DNA of 64,000 nt from Alphaproteobacteria bacterium (lineage in GTDB: Bacteria > Pseudomonadota > Alphaproteobacteria > Bin95): contig CAXXWS020000003.1 in assembly GCA_963665325.3 (NCBI GenBank), positions 64,001 to 128,000 on the forward strand, written 5' to 3'. The notes under the pieces are model-generated. The model was given only the letters and a program-made list of their open reading frames with translations, did no database searches and had not been told where the DNA came from. Positions 59,226 through 64,000 of the stretch are shown in pieces. The translations under genes were made by a program, and so were the position numbers. Each line of letters starts with the position of its first letter. Within the stretch, counting starts at the first letter, position 1.

Positions 59226-60187
59226 CCGGCCGGCGGGCGCAATTCCGGGGCGTCGGCGCCTACCTGCCGGAGCGCGTCGTCACCAATGACGAACTTGCGG
59301 CCGGCATGGACACTTCGGATGTCTGGATCCGCGAGCGCACGGGCATCCGGGAGCGGCGGATTGCCGCGCCCGGCGAGAAGACGTCGGACCTCGCGCTCGA
59401 GGCGTCGAGGCGTGCGCTTGCGGCCGCCGGGAAGGACGCCCGCGAGCTGGACCTGATCGTGCTCGCCACCGCGACGCCCGACCGTACTTTTCCCGCTACC
59501 GCGACGGCGGTCCAGGCCCGGCTTGGCATGACCGAAGGCGTCGCCTTCGATGTCCAGGCGGTCTGCTCGGGCTTCATCTATGCCCTGGCCGTGGCCGACA
59601 ATTTCATCCGCGCCGGGCAGGCCCGCAGCGCGCTGGTGATCGGCGCGGAGACCTTTTCGCGGATCCTCGACTGGAACGAGCGCGAGACCAGCGTGCTTTT
59701 CGGGGACGGGGCGGGGGCCGTAGTGCTGGAGGCCTGCGAAGACGATCCGCGCCATCTGCTGTCCACCCACCTGCATTCGGACGGACGCCACGGCGAACTG
59801 CTCTATGTCGATGGCGGCCCTTCATCGACCGGCACTGTCGGGCATTTGCGGATGAAGGGACGGGAAGTCTTCAAGCATGCCGTCACGAATCTCGCGCAGG
59901 TGGTGGAGGAGGCGCTGACTGCCAACGGCCTCGGGCCGGAGGCCATCGACTGGATCGTGCCGCACCAGGCCAATCTGCGCATCCTGCGCGCCACCGGACG
60001 CAAGCTCGGCATCGGCGAGGACCGGGTCATCGTCACGGTGGACCGCCACGCCAATACCTCGGCGGCCTCGGTACCGCTGGCGCTGGCGGCCGGCGTTGAG
60101 GACGGGCGCATCGCGAAAGGCGACATGCTGCTGCTCGAAGCCATGGGCGGCGGCTTCACCTGGGGCGCGGCGCTCGCCCGGTGGTGA
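59222..60187 (+). CDS. fabH: Beta-ketoacyl-ACP synthase III
   Basis: [42 protein letters not shown]. Confidence 0.97.
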   Translation: MTGRRAQFRGVGAYLPERVVTNDELAAGMDTSDVWIRERTGIRERRIAAPGEKTSDLALEASRRALAAAGKDARELDLIVLATATPDRTFPATATAVQARLGMTEGVAFDVQAVCSGFIYALAVADNFIRAGQARSALVIGAETFSRILDWNERETSVLFGDGAGAVVLEACEDDPRHLLSTHLHSDGRHGELLYVDGGPSSTGTVGHLRMKGREVFKHAVTNLAQVVEEALTANGLGPEAIDWIVPHQANLRILRATGRKLGIGEDRVIVTVDRHANTSAASVPLALAAGVEDGRIAKGDMLLLEAMGGGFTWGAALARW

Positions 60188-60248
60188 GTTCGAACCCCGC
60201 TCGCACCTGCGTTGACCGGAGCCGCGCGTCCGGGTTAGCGTCCGTTCC

Positions 60249-60557
60249 ATGACTGGCAACACCCTGACGCGCGCCGACCTCTGCGAGGCGGTCTATCGTA
60301 ATATCGGCCTCTCGCGAAGCGATTCGGCAATGCTCGTGGAAGCCGTTCTGGAAGAACTCGCTGAAGCGCTGGAAACGGAAGGGACGGTCAAGATCTCTTC
60401 CTTCGGCACTTTCGCCCTGCGGAAAAAAGGCGAGAGGACCGGGCGTAACCCGCGCACCGGCGAGGAAGTCGCCATTCCGCCGCGCCGTGTGGTCGCTTTC
60501 CGCGCTTCTCAAGTGCTGAAGCAGCGCGTCAATGCGAGCCGGGCGGCTGCGGAGTAG
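60249..60557 (+). CDS. ihfA: Integration host factor subunit alpha
   Basis: [32 protein letters not shown]; canonical position after fabH. Confidence 0.95.
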   Translation: MTGNTLTRADLCEAVYRNIGLSRSDSAMLVEAVLEELAEALETEGTVKISSFGTFALRKKGERTGRNPRTGEEVAIPPRRVVAFRASQVLKQRVNASRAAAE

Positions 60558-60569
60558 GCGCCCGTTTCC

Positions 60570-60887
60570 ATGGAAAAGCATCCGACCGCCTATCGCACGA
60601 TATCGGAAGTCGCGCGGGAGGTCGGCCTCGAACCCCATGTGTTGCGGTTCTGGGAAAGCAAATTTCCACAATTGCAGCCGCTGAAGCGGGCTGGCGGGCG
60701 GCGCTACTACCGCCCGGAGGACGTCGAGACAATCGTTACCATTCGCGAATTGCTGCATGAACGCCGCTTCACGATCGAGGGCGCGCGCAGGGCGCTTTCG
60801 GGGCAGGACGTACCGGAATCGGAATTGCGGAGCATTCTGGAGGAGTTGCGGGATATCCGCGCGCTCATGGACTCAAACGTGGTATAA
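60570..60887 (+). CDS. MerR family transcriptional regulator
   Basis: YRTISEVA...[27 protein letters not shown]; usual neighbour of ihfA. Confidence 0.93.
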   Translation: MEKHPTAYRTISEVAREVGLEPHVLRFWESKFPQLQPLKRAGGRRYYRPEDVETIVTIRELLHERRFTIEGARRALSGQDVPESELRSILEELRDIRALMDSNVV

Positions 60888-60989
60888 TCTGCCGCCTTAA
60901 CATGGCGGATTGCGTCGCGACCACGTCGCGTGACGTTGAAAAATACCTGAAGAGAGACGACGTGGCGTGACTAAGGAGTGTCGATTCGT

Positions 60990-61199
60990 ATGGCTACCGG
61001 TACTGTGAAGTGGTTCAACACGACCAAAGGATACGGGTTCATCGAACCCGATGAGGGCGGAGCCGATGTGTTCGTCCATATTTCGGCAGTGCAGCGCGCC
61101 GGTCTCAATGCCCCGGCCGAAGGCCAGCGGATCAGCTATGAACTGCGTCGGGACCCGCGCAAGGGCAAATTCGCGGCCGACAACATCCAATTCGTCTAA
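60990..61199 (+). CDS. Cold-shock protein (CspA family)
   Basis: [18 protein letters not shown]...DVFVHISAV. Confidence 0.96.
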   Translation: MATGTVKWFNTTKGYGFIEPDEGGADVFVHISAVQRAGLNAPAEGQRISYELRRDPRKGKFAADNIQFV

Positions 61200-61322
61200 T
61201 CGGTTCCCCTTGGCCCGTCGCCGGGGATGCCGTTCCGTTGACAGCAGCGGGCCTCGTTTCTAAATCTCGGGTGACGGGCGGGACGCCTTCGGGCCGGCCC
61301 ACGATCTTTCGAGGAACACTTC

Positions 61323-64000
61323 ATGCTCGGCGTAGTCGCCAAGCGCCTGTTCGGCACCCATAACGACCGCTTCCTGAAGCGCCTGCGGCCCGAGGTCGCA
61401 GCGATAAACGCGCTCGAACCGGAACTGGAGGCGTTGTCGGACAGCGCGCTTCGGGCCCGCACCGACGAATTCCGCCAGCGCGTGCAGGGCGGCGCCGATC
61501 TGGACGACCTGCTCGTCGAGGCATTCGCCACCGTGCGCGAGGCCTCCAAGCGCACACTCGGCCAGCGCCATTTCGATGTCCAGCTCCTGGGCGGCATGGT
61601 GCTCCACCAGGGGATGATCTCGGAAATGAAGACCGGCGAGGGCAAGACGCTCGCGGCGACCTTGCCGGTCTATCTGAACGCGCTGGCCGGCAGGGGCGTC
61701 CATGTCGTCACGGTGAACGACTATCTCGCCCAGCGCGACGCCGAGTGGATGGGCCGCATCTACAACTTCCTCGGCCTTACCGTCGGCTGCATCATGCACG
61801 GGCTGCCGGACAGCGAGCGGCGCCAGCAATACGCCGCCGACGTCACCTACGGAACCAACAACGAGCTCGGTTTCGACTATCTGCGCGACAACATGAAGTT
61901 CGCGCTCGACGAAATGGTCCAGCGCGAGTTCGCCTACGCCATCGTGGACGAGGTGGACTCGATCCTGATCGACGAGGCGCGCACGCCGCTCATCATTTCG
62001 GGGGCCGCCGAGCAGTCGTCGGAACTCTATGTGCGCTGCGACGGATTGATGGCGGAGGTCCAGCCCGAGCATTACGAAAAGGATGAGAAGCAGCGCAGCG
62101 TCTCCCTGAACGAGGCCGGCCAGGAACACAGCGAGGCGCTGTTGCGCAAACACGGGCTCCTCACGGAAGGGAGCCTCTACGACATTCACAACATCTCCCT
62201 GCTTCACCATATGAACCAGTCGCTGCGCGCCCACACGCTGTTCGAGCGCGACGTCGACTACATGGTCCGCGACGGCAAGGTCGTCATCATCGACGAATTC
62301 ACCGGCCGCGCGATGGAAGGGCGCCGTTACTCCGAGGGGTTGCACCAGGCGCTGGAAGCCAAGGAGGGGGTCCCGGTCCAGCTTGAGAACCAGACGCTCG
62401 CGCAGATCACCTTCCAGAACTATTTCCGTCTCTACGACAAGCTCGCGGGCATGACCGGCACGGCGATCACCGAGGCAGGCGAATTCGCGGAAATCTACGG
62501 GCTCGAGGCCATAGAAGTCCCCACCAACCTGCCGACCGTGCGTGCCGACCACGATGACGAGGTCTATCGCACAGCGCGGGAAAAGAACGACGCCATCCTG
62601 GCCCAGATCCACGATTGTGTGGCGCGCCGCCAGCCCGTGCTGGTCGGCACGGTCTCCATCGAGAAGTCGGAGGAGCTTGGCAAGCAGCTGAAAGGCGAAA
62701 AGATCGCCCACCAGATCCTGAATGCGCGCTATCACGAGCAGGAAGCGGCCATTATCGCGCAAGCGGGAAAGCCGGCCGCGGTGACCATCGCCACCAACAT
62801 GGCGGGGCGCGGCACGGATATCCAGCTCGGAGGCAACGCGGAGATGCTGATCCGCGCCGAGGGCGAGGAGCGGGAAGCCGCGATCCTGGAGCAGGTAGCG
62901 CGGGACAAGCAAGTGGTGATCGAGGCGGGTGGCCTCTATGTGCTTGCCACCGAGCGCCATGAGAGCCGGCGGATCGACAACCAGCTCCGCGGGCGTTCGG
63001 GACGGCAGGGCGACCCCGGCGCCTCCAAGTTCTTCGTCTCGCTCGAAGACGACCTGATGCGCATTTTCGGTTCCGAGCGCATGGACGGAATGCTGCGCCG
63101 GCTGGGCCTCGAGGACGGCGAAGCCATCGTGCATCCCTGGATCAACAAGGCGCTCGAGAAGGCGCAGCAGAAGGTCGAGGCGCGCAATTTCGAGATTCGC
63201 AAGAACCTGCTGAAGTTCGACGATGTGATGAACGACCAGCGCAAGGTCGTTTACGAACAGCGCCGCGACCTGATGCAGGTGGACGATGTCCATGACGAGG
63301 TCGTGGACATGCGTCACCAGGTCGTCGAGGACGTCGTCCAGCGTTTCATCCCGGAGAAGGCGCTGCCGGAGCAATGGGACGCGCAAGGCCTTCAGGACGA
63401 GCTGCGCCGCGTGCTTTCCATCGACTTCCCGGCCCGCGAGTGGGCCGAGGAGGAAGGCATCGCCGACGAGGAGATCACCCGGCGAATTCTCGGCGCGCTC
63501 GACCGGCGCATGGCGGAGAAGGCGGCAAACTGGGGTGCGGACATCATGCGCCAGGCGGAGAAGAGCGTCCTGCTCCAGCTTCTCGACCAGATCTGGAAGG
63601 AGCACCTGCTCCAGCTCGACCATCTGCGCCAGGGCATCGGGTTGCGCGCCTATGCCCAGAAGGACCCGCTGAACGAATACAAGCAGGAAGCCTTCGAACT
63701 GTTCGATGCCATGCTGGCCAGGCTGCGCGAGGCGGTGACGGGAACGCTCGCCCATCTCGAAGTACAGCTGAACGCGCCCTCCGACGACCTGATGCCGCGC
63801 TCCGAAGAGGACGGCGACTGGCGTCAGGTGCATGACGAGCCGGAGCCTGCATTCGCCGGCAACGGCGCTGCCGTGCAGGGCACCCGGCAATTGCGCCGGC
63901 CGAGCGGCCCGCCCAATCCGGGCGACCCCGCGAGTTGGGGCAAGGTGGCCCGCAATGCGGCCTGTCCCTGCGGGTCCGGCAAGAAATACAAGCATTGCCA
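61323..64000 (+). CDS. secA: Preprotein translocase subunit SecA (3' end just outside the window)
   Basis: Read directly from the + strand: [66 protein letters not shown]-terminal [12 protein letters not shown]. Confidence 0.98.
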   Translation, partial: MLGVVAKRLFGTHNDRFLKRLRPEVAAINALEPELEALSDSALRARTDEFRQRVQGGADLDDLLVEAFATVREASKRTLGQRHFDVQLLGGMVLHQGMISEMKTGEGKTLAATLPVYLNALAGRGVHVVTVNDYLAQRDAEWMGRIYNFLGLTVGCIMHGLPDSERRQQYAADVTYGTNNELGFDYLRDNMKFALDEMVQREFAYAIVDEVDSILIDEARTPLIISGAAEQSSELYVRCDGLMAEVQPEHYEKDEKQRSVSLNEAGQEHSEALLRKHGLLTEGSLYDIHNISLLHHMNQSLRAHTLFERDVDYMVRDGKVVIIDEFTGRAMEGRRYSEGLHQALEAKEGVPVQLENQTLAQITFQNYFRLYDKLAGMTGTAITEAGEFAEIYGLEAIEVPTNLPTVRADHDDEVYRTAREKNDAILAQIHDCVARRQPVLVGTVSIEKSEELGKQLKGEKIAHQILNARYHEQEAAIIAQAGKPAAVTIATNMAGRGTDIQLGGNAEMLIRAEGEEREAAILEQVARDKQVVIEAGGLYVLATERHESRRIDNQLRGRSGRQGDPGASKFFVSLEDDLMRIFGSERMDGMLRRLGLEDGEAIVHPWINKALEKAQQKVEARNFEIRKNLLKFDDVMNDQRKVVYEQRRDLMQVDDVHDEVVDMRHQVVEDVVQRFIPEKALPEQWDAQGLQDELRRVLSIDFPAREWAEEEGIADEEITRRILGALDRRMAEKAANWGADIMRQAEKSVLLQLLDQIWKEHLLQLDHLRQGIGLRAYAQKDPLNEYKQEAFELFDAMLARLREAVTGTLAHLEVQLNAPSDDLMPRSEEDGDWRQVHDEPEPAFAGNGAAVQGTRQLRRPSGPPNPGDPASWGKVARNAACPCGSGKKYKHC

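Noticed and set aside
60888-60989. tRNA often found after the ihfA-merR pair
   Set aside because: No cloverleaf or T-loop motif seen; the region looks like the cold-shock gene's promoter and leader. No tRNA or rRNA was recognised anywhere in the window.
61260-63995. 911-aa minus-strand ORF
   Set aside because: Antisense shadow of secA, which is missing from the track only because its stop codon lies outside the window.

Overview
High-GC alphaproteobacterial chromosome segment with two parts; the lineage is inferred from gene order such as rpmF-plsX-fabH-ihfA-merR and gcvT-H-PA-PB. (1) About 1-17,100 is the right part of an integrated F-type/MOBF conjugative element. It carries traG, a convergent small membrane ORF (candidate entry exclusion), traD, a TrwC/TraI relaxase-helicase, a small DNA-binding protein and a recognisable oriT (F/R388-like nic at 8580/8581, IHF site, five helically phased palindromes). 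A leading region follows: a DUF2493/SLOG gene behind a ~270-nt Frpo-like fold-back, ssb, a protein with six zinc ribbons, small ORFs and several toxin-antitoxin modules. The element appears to end in an AT-rich att-like segment that interrupts a tyrosine integrase gene right after its catalytic HDLRH motif, suggesting integration into another element's integrase. (2) About 18,200-64,000 is mostly host genes: rluB, tadA, copper amine oxidase, alaS, Rieske oxygenases, a LysM protein with 12 x 78-bp repeats, the glycine cleavage operon with a tandem glycine riboswitch, a kef antiporter, rpmF-plsX-fabH-ihfA, a cold-shock protein and partial secA. It also hides a selenoprotein (in-frame UGA, UxxC motif, SECIS hairpin) that the ORF track splits in two, and an ABC-type ATPase + DUF4276-like pair with a compositionally foreign central segment. 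All calls come from reading motifs by eye; no database searches were run.
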